Assembly (NCBI GenBank): GCA_043809315.1
Contig: JAZDDX010000010.1
Coordinates: 1 to 64,000 of the forward strand
Reading direction: 5' to 3'
DNA: 64,000 nt
Source: Pseudomonadota bacterium
GTDB taxonomy: Bacteria > Bdellovibrionota_G > JALEGL01 > DATDPG01
Below, in pieces: positions 18,390 to 28,190 of this stretch (positions are counted from its first letter, which is position 1; the number at the start of each line of letters is the position of its first letter). A program made the position numbers and the translations under genes. The notes below the pieces were generated by a model, which worked only from the letters and a program-made list of their open reading frames with translations, made no database searches and was not told the DNA's origin.

Positions 18390-19949
18390 TCAATCGTTTC
18401 GTAGGTAATGGCACCCGCGGCTCTGCCGATTGCGACGGGCGGCCGTCAGAATCAGGTGCGCGCAAAAGACGCCGTTCCGCAGACCGATGAGTTCGTCCGA
18501 CAGGACCGAGTGAGCATAGAAACGCTCCACCTCGTCCGAGAGCGATCGGAGGATCCGCTGCGCACGATCCAATCGTTTCGGGGTCCGGATCAGACCAACG
18601 TAGTTCCACATCGTGTGCTTGATCGTCATCCAATCCTGCGCCAGGAGATCCCGGTCGACCGGTTCCGTCTCGTCCTGCCAGGGGCGGATTTCCGGAAACC
18701 GGTACTTCGCCCCTTTGACCCGCCGCCCGATATCCCGCCCCGCACGGACCCCCCAGACGAGGTCCTCGAGGAGCGACGTACTCGCCAGCCGGTTCGCCCC
18801 GTGCACCCCCGAACAGGCGACCTCCCCGACCGCTTTCAGGTTCTCGATCGTCGTCGACCCGTCCAGATCGACCGCCACGCCACCGCAGGAATAATGGGCT
18901 GCCGGAACCACGGGGATCGGTTCCTTGGTGATGTCGATCCCCTGTTTGAGGCACTCGCCGTGCGCCCAGGGGAATCGAGTACGGATCCAGTCGGCGGGCT
19001 TGTGGGAGATATCCAGGAAGACCCACTGGACCCCCTCGCGCAGCATCTCGTCGTGGATCCCTCGCGCCACGATATCCCGTGCGGCGAGCGCCCCCCTCGG
19101 GTCGTACCGCTTCATGAACTCCTCACCTGCGTGATTCAGGAGACGCGCCCCCTCCCCCCGGAGAGATTCCGAGATGAGCGGCCGCTCACTGGTTCGCCGG
19201 TACAGGGCGGTCGGGTGAAACTGGATGTATTCCAGGTTCATGATCCGGGCGCCGGTCCGGTATGCCATTGCGACACCGTCGCCACGTGCACCCAACGGGT
19301 TCGTCGTGTGAAGATAGAGCTGGCCCAATCCCCCGGTCGCAAGAACCGTCTCCCTCGCCAGGATCGGCTTCACCTGCCTCTTTTTCTGGTCGAGAACGAA
19401 CGCTCCGAAGCAGCGGGGAGGCTTGTAGAACTCCTGCCGGTCGATCGCGTGGTGCGCCAATGTCAGGAGATCGACCGCCGTGTGTTCGGTCAGAATCGCG
19501 ATCTCTTTCCGCTTCTTCAGATGATTCAGGAACGCCGACTCCAGGTCGGCTCCGGTCTGATCGCCCATATGAAGGATCCGCGGCACGCTATGCGCCGCCT
19601 CTTCCGTGAACTCGACCTCCCCGGATTTCGTCCGGTCGAAGTTCACCTGGAGACGCTCGATCAGGATCTCCCGGACGAGACTGGGTCCGTCGCGCGCGAG
19701 AAGCTCGACCGCTTCCACCTTGCAAAGTCCCGCCCCCGCTTCCACGATGTCGCGGACTAGTTTCTCCGGCTTCTCCCCCTCGGCCCGGTAGACGATCCCC
19801 CCTTGGGCCATCGCGCTTGCGGTGTCGGCCGGCTCTTTCGCCCGCGTGATCATCGTGACCGCGAGACCGGCATCGACCATTTCGAGCGCCGCGGAACAGC
19901 CGGCCAGCCCGCTCCCGATCACCAGGCAGTCGGTCTCGAATCCCTTCAC
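18390..19949 (-). CDS. nadB: L-aspartate oxidase
   Basis: GSGLAG, AQGGI, QFHPT, SESLRGEG, HGANRLASTSLLE, SRGCHY; adjacent to nadC. Confidence 0.95.
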   Translation of the reverse strand: MKGFETDCLVIGSGLAGCSAALEMVDAGLAVTMITRAKEPADTASAMAQGGIVYRAEGEKPEKLVRDIVEAGAGLCKVEAVELLARDGPSLVREILIERLQVNFDRTKSGEVEFTEEAAHSVPRILHMGDQTGADLESAFLNHLKKRKEIAILTEHTAVDLLTLAHHAIDRQEFYKPPRCFGAFVLDQKKRQVKPILARETVLATGGLGQLYLHTTNPLGARGDGVAMAYRTGARIMNLEYIQFHPTALYRRTSERPLISESLRGEGARLLNHAGEEFMKRYDPRGALAARDIVARGIHDEMLREGVQWVFLDISHKPADWIRTRFPWAHGECLKQGIDITKEPIPVVPAAHYSCGGVAVDLDGSTTIENLKAVGEVACSGVHGANRLASTSLLEDLVWGVRAGRDIGRRVKGAKYRFPEIRPWQDETEPVDRDLLAQDWMTIKHTMWNYVGLIRTPKRLDRAQRILRSLSDEVERFYAHSVLSDELIGLRNGVFCAHLILTAARRNRQSRGCHYLRND

Positions 19950-20773
19950 GACGGGAGAACCTCGAAGCTCAAATCAGCGGCGGGGGCCGAGTGCGTCAGC
20001 GCCCCCACGGAGATGTAGTCGACACCGATCTTGGAAAGACGAGCCACTCGCTCCCGCGTGATCCCCCCCGAAACCTCGATCTCGACTCGGCCGCGTGCCA
20101 GGGCAACCGCGCATTCGACCTGGGGGTCCGCCATGTTGTCCAGCAGAAGGCGAGTTGCACCCGCCCCGATCGCCGGCTCGACCTCCTCGACCCGCGTGAC
20201 CTCCACCGTGATCGGTTTTTTTCCGCATTTCTTCTTCATCTTCCGGACGGCTTCCGCCACATCCCCTTTGCAGGCCGCTATGTGATTGTCTTTGATCAGG
20301 ACCGCATCCGACAGCCCGAACCGGTGGTTCGAGCCTCCCCCCATCCGGACGGCGTACTTTTCCAGATGTCGGACGAGCGGCGTCGTCTTCCGGGTGTCGA
20401 GGATCTTGGTTTTCGTCCCCTCGGTCCGCAGGACGAAACTTCGGGTGAGGGTTGCGACCCCGCAGAGTCTTTGCAGAAAGTTGAGCGCCACCCGTTCCCC
20501 CCGCAGCAGATTCCGATAGAACCCCGCGATCTCCGCAACACGGGTCCCGGCCGGGACTGAGTCACCGTCCCAGGCGAGCTTCCGGATCTTCGTGGTCGGA
20601 TCGATCGAGAGGAAGACCCCGAACGCGACCCCGAGGCCGGCCAGAACGAGATCCTGTTTCGCCAGGATCACCCCTCGTCCCGCAAGCGTCTTCGGCACGA
20701 CGGCATCGGAGGTGATGTCTCCGGAGCCGGAGTCTTCCTCGAGGGCGAGTCTGATCAGGTCGCTTGTGAACAC
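19946..20773 (-). CDS. nadC: Nicotinate-nucleotide diphosphorylase (carboxylating)
   Basis: ALEED..GDITS, ERVALNFLQ, DTRKTTP, LIKDNH, ISVGALTHS; GTG start inferred. Confidence 0.95.
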   Translation of the reverse strand: MFTSDLIRLALEEDSGSGDITSDAVVPKTLAGRGVILAKQDLVLAGLGVAFGVFLSIDPTTKIRKLAWDGDSVPAGTRVAEIAGFYRNLLRGERVALNFLQRLCGVATLTRSFVLRTEGTKTKILDTRKTTPLVRHLEKYAVRMGGGSNHRFGLSDAVLIKDNHIAACKGDVAEAVRKMKKKCGKKPITVEVTRVEEVEPAIGAGATRLLLDNMADPQVECAVALARGRVEIEVSGGITRERVARLSKIGVDYISVGALTHSAPAADLSFEVLPS

Positions 20774-20786
20774 CGTCGAGCTGTTC

Positions 20787-21443
20787 CTAAAGAGGTACCT
20801 TTTTGTGGAGGACCCACTTCCCGAGAGAGAGCGTGATCTCGATCTGGTTCCCCTGCCCGTCGGATTCCTCCCTCTTGCGCACCTTGTCGAATGTGATCGA
20901 TTGCTCGAAACTGTTCGCCCCAACCTTCAGGGAAAAATCCAACGTCGGCGATTGTTTCGCTTTCTTTTCGGTCGGGACCTCCCGTTTCAAGGCATCGCGC
21001 AACGCTTCGAGTTCCTCCCCTTCGACCTGAACGGTTTGATCGGTCCGCCACTCCGCTTCGAGCGTCCCCATGTGACGATCGGGGGCCGAAACCTTCGCGT
21101 CCCCCTCCGCCACGACGACGTCGAGACGATGGTCGCCAATCGTGATGTGATCTCCCACCGAAAGGACATGAACGTCGACCCTCTGGCCGTTCACGAAGAT
21201 CCCGTTCTCACTCTGTTGATCTTCCAACACGAAGCCGTTCTTCGAGGCGACGATCCGCGCGTGCGACCGGGAAACCTGCGGGTCGTCCAAAACGACGTGG
21301 TTTTCGGCCATCCGGCCGATGTACGTCACCTCGGGGTCGAGGCGGACCGTCTGCAACAGTTCTTTGCCCAGGGAGACCCGCAATGCCATCGACACGACCT
21401 TGACTTTGGCGTCGATCACGGCGTCCCAAACATCGCTTGGCAT
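20787..21443 (-). CDS. FHA-domain protein
   Basis: IGR..VSRSHA..SENGIFVNG; start inferred. Confidence 0.85.
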   Translation of the reverse strand: MPSDVWDAVIDAKVKVVSMALRVSLGKELLQTVRLDPEVTYIGRMAENHVVLDDPQVSRSHARIVASKNGFVLEDQQSENGIFVNGQRVDVHVLSVGDHITIGDHRLDVVVAEGDAKVSAPDRHMGTLEAEWRTDQTVQVEGEELEALRDALKREVPTEKKAKQSPTLDFSLKVGANSFEQSITFDKVRKREESDGQGNQIEITLSLGKWVLHKKVPL

Positions 21444-21473
21444 GCCCCTATGGTAGGTTAGAATGACCGAACT

Positions 21474-21965
21474 GTGAATCTCTTCCGCTGGATCCGAAAG
21501 GAACACGCGCTGCGGGCTTCCAACCGGCTCTCCCGGCGCGGGAACGCGGCGGCAGCCCTGGATCTCATCGATCAAGCCTTGACCGAAAATCCGGGCTCGC
21601 CCGATCTGTGGATTCAGAAGAGCTGGGCCCTCTCCGACCTCAAGCGGTATGACGAGGCACTGGCCGCCGTCGCTCAGGGGCTCGGGAACGATCCCGAAAA
21701 CGGGATTCTCGAACTGATCCGGGGGGAGGCTCTCTACGCCACGGGACGTTACGAAGAGAGCAAGGCGGCCCTTCACCGGGCCCTCGATTTGTCCGGAGAC
21801 AACCTCCGAATCGAACACTCCCTGGGAATCACGTACGTGGCACTCGGAGAAATGGAACCAGCGGCTCGATATCTGGAGTCGAGCGTCCGGTACGACAAAT
21901 CGTTGGTACAGGCCAGGCTCCTGGCGATGGCGGAACGGTATTTATTCGAACATCGCCCGAGATGA
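21474..21965 (+). CDS. TPR protein
   Basis: Repeated A..L..AL..NP helical units. Confidence 0.8.
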   Translation: MNLFRWIRKEHALRASNRLSRRGNAAAALDLIDQALTENPGSPDLWIQKSWALSDLKRYDEALAAVAQGLGNDPENGILELIRGEALYATGRYEESKAALHRALDLSGDNLRIEHSLGITYVALGEMEPAARYLESSVRYDKSLVQARLLAMAERYLFEHRPR

Positions 21966-22744
21966 TGATGGACGATCTTGCGCGATACGCACTGAAGGCG
22001 CCCAGGGACACCGTCATTTTCCGGGAGGGGGATGCGGGGGACGTCATGTTCTTCATCCACGCCGGACGCGTGCGGATCGAAAGGACGATAGAGACAAAAA
22101 CCGACGTGATGGCGATCTTGGAAAAAGGGGATTTCTTCGGGGAGATGTCCCTTCTCGATCACGTCCCCCGCACCGCTACCGCCGTGGTGGAGGAAGACGC
22201 CGAGCTCTTGAAAGTCGACGCCGCCAATTTCCAGAAGCTGGTCTTCGGAAATATCGAAATCGCGATCCGGATGATCCGGAAATACTCAGCCCGCCTGCGC
22301 GATGCGAACGACAAGCTGGCGAGTCTCTTGAAGGATCGCTCGCAAATGGACCAGGAGATTGCCGAGATCCTCCAGTCGGTGAAGGCCCCCATCCGACCTG
22401 CGGAAACCGAATCGCAGGAGCTGGCGCTCTTAACGGGAGAAGGCCCGGAAGCGGTCAGCCATTCGATCCGAAAGGAATGCGTCCTGATCGGCCGGCAGGA
22501 CCCGGTCACCAACCTGTCCCCCGACATCGATCTCACCTCATCCGACCGGGAGCGGGGCACGTCTCGCCGACACGCCCGCTTGAAGCGCATGGACGGGCAG
22601 TTCCTTCTATTCGAGGAACCGGGGGTTCCGAACGGAACGTTCGTAAACGGTCAAAGGATCACGCCGGGACAGCCGGTTCTGATCCGGAACGGCGACCGCG
22701 TGAGCTTCGGAAAAGTCCCTTTCACCTTCCGGACGAAGGGCTGA
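21962..22744 (+). CDS. Cyclic-nucleotide-binding + FHA domain protein
   Basis: FFGEMSLL..PRTAT cNMP pocket; C-terminal IGR..SRRHA..NGTFVNG. Confidence 0.9.
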   Translation: MMMDDLARYALKAPRDTVIFREGDAGDVMFFIHAGRVRIERTIETKTDVMAILEKGDFFGEMSLLDHVPRTATAVVEEDAELLKVDAANFQKLVFGNIEIAIRMIRKYSARLRDANDKLASLLKDRSQMDQEIAEILQSVKAPIRPAETESQELALLTGEGPEAVSHSIRKECVLIGRQDPVTNLSPDIDLTSSDRERGTSRRHARLKRMDGQFLLFEEPGVPNGTFVNGQRITPGQPVLIRNGDRVSFGKVPFTFRTKG

Positions 22745-22751
22745 CGACTCG

Positions 22752-23873
22752 ATGGATTTCCATACCCTTCCACCGGAACGCCTGATTCACTTCATCGTCC
22801 GGACGCGGAAGTTCGACGTCGAACGGTACGAGGATTACCTCCACTCCCTTCTTCTGAACGTCCTTTCCGACTTGAACGAGTTCGTCCCTTCCGAAGGGAT
22901 TCTCATGCTGGTCGACGACCCGATCCGGAAACGGGAAGGAAAAGGGGAACGCGAACTCACGTACGTGGCCGTATCGGGAAAGAACTCGGCGTCGCTGCTC
23001 GGCAAGAGAATGGCCGCCACTTCCGGCGTCGCGGGGGAGATCTACACGCTCGGAAAATCGATGGTGCGCAAAGCCGATCGGACGGAGCGACTCGTGATCG
23101 ACAAAGCCAACCTGCCCCAGGAGGCGATCGGTCTCGTGGGAGTGCCGCTGCGGGTTGAAACGACCATTGTCGGTGCGCTGATCGCTTACAACAAGAAAGA
23201 CCCGATCGGGTACACGATGCGGGACCTAAAGCTCGTCGAGATTTTCGCTGGGTATCTCTCCACCGCGCTCCAAAACGCGATCGACGCCCGCAAAAGCAAG
23301 GAGCTGACGAAGCGGGACGACCTGACCGGTCTCTACAACGATCGGTTCTTCCACGTGCAGCTGGAAACCGAGGTCCGGAAGGCGGACGAACAGCGCCACC
23401 CCCTGACCCTCCTCTTTCTCGACTTGGATCACTTCAAAAACGTGAACGACGCTCACGGCCACCTCGTCGGAAGCCAGACGCTCCGAGAGATCGGTTTCGT
23501 CCTGACCGAGGCGATCGACCTGGAAGGGGCGTTCCTCGCCCGGTACGGCGGAGACGAGTACGTCGTGATCCTCCCGGGGATCGACCTGATCCGGGCGGTC
23601 GAGATCGCCGAGAGGACCCGGATGATGATCGCCGGGAAGCTCTTCATGATCGATCAGGGGGAGCACGACGGGTCGTTCATCAATTTCAAAGGGCTGATCT
23701 CCGCGAGCTTCGGCGTGGCATCCCTGCACGATCACGTCCCGACGGGAGGGACGGTCAAAGACCGGAAGAACTTCCTGGTCCGCCTCGCCGACGCCGCCAT
23801 GTACCGGGCCAAAGAGGCGGGGAAGAACTGCGTCTGCGTCGCCGACCCGACGCTGATCCGCCCCAAGCCGTGA
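22752..23873 (+). CDS. GAF-GGDEF diguanylate cyclase
   Basis: GAF-like N-terminus; DDLTGLYN, DLDHFKNVNDAHGH, RYGGDEY, ADAAMYRAK. Confidence 0.92.
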   Translation: MDFHTLPPERLIHFIVRTRKFDVERYEDYLHSLLLNVLSDLNEFVPSEGILMLVDDPIRKREGKGERELTYVAVSGKNSASLLGKRMAATSGVAGEIYTLGKSMVRKADRTERLVIDKANLPQEAIGLVGVPLRVETTIVGALIAYNKKDPIGYTMRDLKLVEIFAGYLSTALQNAIDARKSKELTKRDDLTGLYNDRFFHVQLETEVRKADEQRHPLTLLFLDLDHFKNVNDAHGHLVGSQTLREIGFVLTEAIDLEGAFLARYGGDEYVVILPGIDLIRAVEIAERTRMMIAGKLFMIDQGEHDGSFINFKGLISASFGVASLHDHVPTGGTVKDRKNFLVRLADAAMYRAKEAGKNCVCVADPTLIRPKP

Positions 23874-24646
23874 TGCGGATCGCCCTCGCCCAGCTCTCTT
23901 CCGGCGACAACTGGCGGATCAACCTATGCAAGATCGAAGCCTTGATCGCCTCCGCCGCTCGCAAAAAGGCCAAGGCCATCCTCTTCCCCGAGTACTGCTT
24001 CTACCGTGGAGACCTCTGTTCCCTTCGAACCATTTCCAGGGAAATCCACCGCGCGCTACCCTGGGCCGCCCTTTCCGATCTGGCAAAGCAACATGGCATC
24101 GCGATCCTTCTTGGCGGAGTTCCCGAGTTCCAACGGGGATCAAAAAAAGTGTTCAACACGGCCATCTGGATCGACGAACGCGGAAAGATCTTGGCCCGGT
24201 ACCGGAAGATCCATCTCTTCGATGCGACGGTCGGGGGGAAGAGATATCGCGAGTCAAAATATTTCCTCCCCGGCGCCCGCCCCGTCGTCTTCCGCTGGAA
24301 CGGGATCAAGATCGGGATCGCGATCTGTTACGACCTTCGCTTCCCGGAACAGTTCCGGAAGATGGCGAAGAGCGGCGCCGACTGGATCCTCCTCCCCTCC
24401 GCCTTTACAAGAAAGAACGGAGAGGCTCACTGGCACACGTTGCTTCGGGCACGAGCGATCGAGAACCTCGCGACCGTGCTGGCCCCCGCCCAGACCGGCG
24501 GCGACACATTCGGCCATTCAGCCATCTTTGGCCCCTGGGGCGAGGCACTGCTCCGCACCGGTCGCAAGCCCGGACTCTTCTTCGCGGATGTCGATCCGAG
24601 CGCCGGCCGCGCTCTTCGCCGCAGGTTCCCCTTCTTGAAGGGTTGA
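23873..24646 (+). CDS. Carbon-nitrogen hydrolase (Nit family amidase)
   Basis: Catalytic triad motifs FPEY, YRKIHLFD and ICYDLRFPE. Confidence 0.9.
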   Translation: MRIALAQLSSGDNWRINLCKIEALIASAARKKAKAILFPEYCFYRGDLCSLRTISREIHRALPWAALSDLAKQHGIAILLGGVPEFQRGSKKVFNTAIWIDERGKILARYRKIHLFDATVGGKRYRESKYFLPGARPVVFRWNGIKIGIAICYDLRFPEQFRKMAKSGADWILLPSAFTRKNGEAHWHTLLRARAIENLATVLAPAQTGGDTFGHSAIFGPWGEALLRTGRKPGLFFADVDPSAGRALRRRFPFLKG

Positions 24647-24675
24647 TCCCCGGCGAGTATAAGGTCGCCTCGACC

Positions 24676-25593
24676 ATGCCGTTCCAACCCAAACCGGAGT
24701 GGATCAAGGTGCGCGCCCCCGGCGGGTCGGTGACCAACCGGATCTCCACCCTCCTGCGCAAGCGGAACCTCCACACCGTCTGCGAGGAGGCGCTCTGCCC
24801 CAACATGGGAGCCTGCTGGAAGAGTGGAACCGCCACCCTTCTTCTGATGGGAGGGGTCTGCACCCGCGGGTGCCGCTTCTGCTCCATCCAAAGCGGCAAG
24901 CCGCTCCCCCTCGACCCCTCCGAACCAGAAAAAACGGCTGAGACTGTTAAACTCATGAACCTTCGGTACGTCGTCCTGACCTCGGTCGACCGCGACGACC
25001 TCGAAGATCAGGGTTCCAATCACTTCGCCCGCGTCATCGAAACGATTCACGAACACTGCCCCGACGTTCTCGTCGAAGCACTGATCCCCGACTTCCAAGG
25101 ACGCACGGACCTTCTCTCCCGAATCCTCACCGCCCGACCCGATGTCCTCGGCCACAACATCGAAACCGTCGAGCGATTGACCCCCACCGTGCGCGACCGC
25201 CGTTGCGGCTACCGGCAATCACTCGACGTTCTCGCCGAGATGAAACGCCAGCGTCCGGAACAGTGGACCAAATCGTCCCTCATGTTGGGGCTTGGCGAGA
25301 CCCGGGACGAGATCCGGACCGCCTTCGCCGACCTTCTCTCGGTGGGGGTTGATTTCCTGACGTTGGGCCAGTATCTCCAGCCGACGAAGAAGCATCTCCC
25401 GGTCGTCGAGTTCGTCCGGCCGGAGAAGTTCGAAGAACTGCGCCGCGAGGGGGAAGAGATCGGGTTCCGATACGTCGCTTCGGCCCCTCTCGTCCGGAGT
25501 TCGTACAAAGCCGGGGAATTTTTCATCGAGACCGTGGTACGAAACCATCCACGAAACGGAGGATCCGATGTCGTTCGAATTCAAGCTTCCTGA
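24676..25593 (+). CDS. lipA: Lipoyl synthase
   Basis: CEEALCPNMGAC, CTRGCRFC, RSSY; start reassigned to ATG 24676. Confidence 0.97.
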   Translation: MPFQPKPEWIKVRAPGGSVTNRISTLLRKRNLHTVCEEALCPNMGACWKSGTATLLLMGGVCTRGCRFCSIQSGKPLPLDPSEPEKTAETVKLMNLRYVVLTSVDRDDLEDQGSNHFARVIETIHEHCPDVLVEALIPDFQGRTDLLSRILTARPDVLGHNIETVERLTPTVRDRRCGYRQSLDVLAEMKRQRPEQWTKSSLMLGLGETRDEIRTAFADLLSVGVDFLTLGQYLQPTKKHLPVVEFVRPEKFEELRREGEEIGFRYVASAPLVRSSYKAGEFFIETVVRNHPRNGGSDVVRIQAS

Positions 25594-26740
25594 GATCGGT
25601 GAAGGGATTAAAGAGGGGGAAGTCGTCCGCTGGCTCGTCAAACGCGGCGACCGTGTCGCCGAAGACCAGCCGATCGTGGAAGTGTTGACCGACAAAGCGA
25701 CGGTTGAGATCTCCTCCCCCAAGAGCGGGAAGATCGCGCAGCTCCTCGTGAAAGAAGGGGAGATGGTGAAGGTCGGAAAAGGGCTCGTGACGATCGAAGG
25801 CAACGGCTCCGGGAAAACCGAATTTCAAACCACCCGCACACCGGGTGTCTCCCCTCCTCCTTCGAGCACCCTCCTCGCTTCCCCCGCCACGCGAAAGCTG
25901 GCGCGCGAGATGGGGGTCGACCTGCGCTCGATCCGCGGAAGCGGCCCGCAAGGACGGATCACGCAGAAAGATCTCGAAAAGACATCGCCCGTTCCGAATG
26001 TAACCGCCCCGGTGCCGACGATCTCGAAAGGTGGCGAGGAACGCATTCCGTTGCGCGGCATCCGGAAACGGATTGCCGAGCACATGGTCCTTTCGAAGCG
26101 CACCGTCGCCGACTTCACGCACGTCGATGAAGTCGACATGACCGAAGTCGTTTCGCTCCGGGAGTCGCTCAAATCGAAGGCGGAGGCGCGCGGAGTGAAA
26201 CTCACCTACCTTCCTTTCGTCGTCCGCGCGGTCTCCCTCGCGCTCGATCCATTCTCCCGGCTCAATTCCTCTCTCGATGAGGACAAAGGGGAGATTGTCG
26301 TCAAACGGTACGTCAACATCGGCTTTGCCGTGAACAATCGCGAGAATGATCTGGTCGTTCCGGTGATCAAGGGGGCCGATCAGAAATCGATCCTTCAGAT
26401 CGCCGCCGAGATCTCTTCTTTGACGGAGAAAGCGCAGACGAACCAACTCACCCCTTCCGATCTCACGGGGGGAACGTTCACGATCACCAGCATCGGGAAC
26501 ATCGGCGGGCTCTTTGCGACCCCGATCGTGAACTACCCGGAGGTAGCGATCTTGGGGTTCTACCGAATCACCGACCAGCCGGTCGTTCGGAACGGCCAGA
26601 TCGTCATCCGGAAGATGGCGCATCTTTCCGTTACGATCGACCATCGGGTTGTCGACGGCGCGATGGCGGCCTCGTTCGTCGAGGCGGTCAAACGGAATCT
26701 CGAGGACCCCAAACTGCTCTTCAACTTGTTGGACGCGTAA
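25568..26740 (+). CDS. 2-oxoacid dehydrogenase E2 (dihydrolipoamide acyltransferase)
   Basis: Lipoyl domain TDKA, E3-binding ASPATRKLARE, catalytic DHRVVDG. Confidence 0.95.
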   Translation: MSFEFKLPEIGEGIKEGEVVRWLVKRGDRVAEDQPIVEVLTDKATVEISSPKSGKIAQLLVKEGEMVKVGKGLVTIEGNGSGKTEFQTTRTPGVSPPPSSTLLASPATRKLAREMGVDLRSIRGSGPQGRITQKDLEKTSPVPNVTAPVPTISKGGEERIPLRGIRKRIAEHMVLSKRTVADFTHVDEVDMTEVVSLRESLKSKAEARGVKLTYLPFVVRAVSLALDPFSRLNSSLDEDKGEIVVKRYVNIGFAVNNRENDLVVPVIKGADQKSILQIAAEISSLTEKAQTNQLTPSDLTGGTFTITSIGNIGGLFATPIVNYPEVAILGFYRITDQPVVRNGQIVIRKMAHLSVTIDHRVVDGAMAASFVEAVKRNLEDPKLLFNLLDA

Positions 26741-26756
26741 GCGCAGGAGTTTCCAG

Positions 26757-28190
26757 ATGGCTTCCAAAGCGAAAAAAAAAGATGTCGTGGTGATCGGTGG
26801 CGGCCCGGGCGGATACGTCGCCGCGATCCGACTGGGGCAGCTCGGAAAATCGGTCGCCCTGATCGAGAAAGAGAGCCTCGGCGGGGTCTGCCTCAACTGG
26901 GGGTGCATCCCGTCCAAAGCGCTGATCCAGGCTGCAAAGCTGTATTCCGAGATCCGGGCCGCTTCCGACCTCGGGATCACCGTCAAAGGGGTGACCCTCG
27001 ATCTCAAGAAAACGCAGGCCTGGAAGCAGGAGATCATCAAGAAGTTGACGGGTGGAATCGCCCAACTGGCGAAGGCGGCCGGTGTCGAGGTTCTCAAAGG
27101 GACAGCGGAGTTCGAGACACGGAATCGGATCGCCGTGAAGGGGAACGAGACCGACGCCGTCGAGTTCGACCACGCGATCGTCGCCGTCGGATCGAAGCCG
27201 ATCGAGATTCCCGGCTTTGCGATCGACGGGAAGTCGGTGTTCGACTCCAAAGACGCCCTCGACTGGACTTCGGCTCCGAAAAAACTCCTGGTGATCGGCG
27301 GGGGGGTCATCGGCCTCGAGATCGGGATGTTGTTCCAAAAGTTCGGAAGCGACTTGACGGTCGTGGAGCTGACCGACCAGCTGGTGCCCGGCGTCGACAG
27401 AGAGATCGCCCAGGCGATGGAGCGGGTCTGCCGGCAGAAAAAAATCGCCGTCCATCTCTCCTCGAAAGCGCTCGGGTATTTCAAGAAAAAGGGTGGGATC
27501 ACGGTGGAGGTCCAGACGCCGAAGGGGAAGCAAGAGATCCCGTGCGACGCGATTCTACTCGCCGTCGGCCGCCGTCCGGACGGAACCGGTCTCGGGCTCG
27601 AAAAGATCGGAGTCGAGATCGCGCAGGGGATGATTCCGGTAAACTCCAAGCTTCAAACGAACGTTCCGCATATCTATGCGATCGGGGACGTGGCCGGCCC
27701 CCCCCTTCTTGCCCATAAGGCTTCGAAGGAAGGGATCGTGGCGGCGGAAGCGATCGCCGGACATCCGGTCGAATACGACGTGAAGGCGATGCCGGCCGCG
27801 ACCTTCACCGACCCGGAGATCGCGACGGTCGGACTCACCGAATCGGAGGCGAAAGCAAAAGGGATCGAAGTGATCACCGGGAAGTTCCCGTTTGCCGCTT
27901 CGGGACGGGCGATGGCAGCCAAATCCACCGATGGATTCGTCAAGGTGGTCGCGGAGAAGACGACCAAGCTGCTCCTGGGCGTCCAGATCATCGGTCCTTT
28001 CGCATCTGACCTGATCGCCGAGGCGACGCTTGCGCTCGAGCTGGGGGCCACCGTCGAGGATCTCGCCCTTACCGTCCATGCCCATCCCACTTTTTCGGAA
28101 GCGGTCATGGAAGCGGCCGAGGGAGCCCTGGGACGGGCGATCCACATGCTCAACCGCTCCGCATCGCCTCGAGGGAAAGAAACGAAGTGA
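26757..28190 (+). CDS. lpdA: Dihydrolipoamide dehydrogenase (E3)
   Basis: GGGPGGY, CLNWGCIPSK, HAHPTFSE; AGGAG RBS. Confidence 0.96.
   Translation: MASKAKKKDVVVIGGGPGGYVAAIRLGQLGKSVALIEKESLGGVCLNWGCIPSKALIQAAKLYSEIRAASDLGITVKGVTLDLKKTQAWKQEIIKKLTGGIAQLAKAAGVEVLKGTAEFETRNRIAVKGNETDAVEFDHAIVAVGSKPIEIPGFAIDGKSVFDSKDALDWTSAPKKLLVIGGGVIGLEIGMLFQKFGSDLTVVELTDQLVPGVDREIAQAMERVCRQKKIAVHLSSKALGYFKKKGGITVEVQTPKGKQEIPCDAILLAVGRRPDGTGLGLEKIGVEIAQGMIPVNSKLQTNVPHIYAIGDVAGPPLLAHKASKEGIVAAEAIAGHPVEYDVKAMPAATFTDPEIATVGLTESEAKAKGIEVITGKFPFAASGRAMAAKSTDGFVKVVAEKTTKLLLGVQIIGPFASDLIAEATLALELGATVEDLALTVHAHPTFSEAVMEAAEGALGRAIHMLNRSASPRGKETK

Noticed and set aside
26772-26780. A9 run at the start of lpdA as a phase-variation tract
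   Set aside because: In frame (KKK) in a housekeeping gene; no sign of slippage
25523-27649. 708-aa antisense ORF, and similar ones (5060-6568, 43745-45730, 18408-19760, 55218-56606)
   Set aside because: Shadow frames opposite well-supported genes; expected with GC-rich codon usage; no motifs
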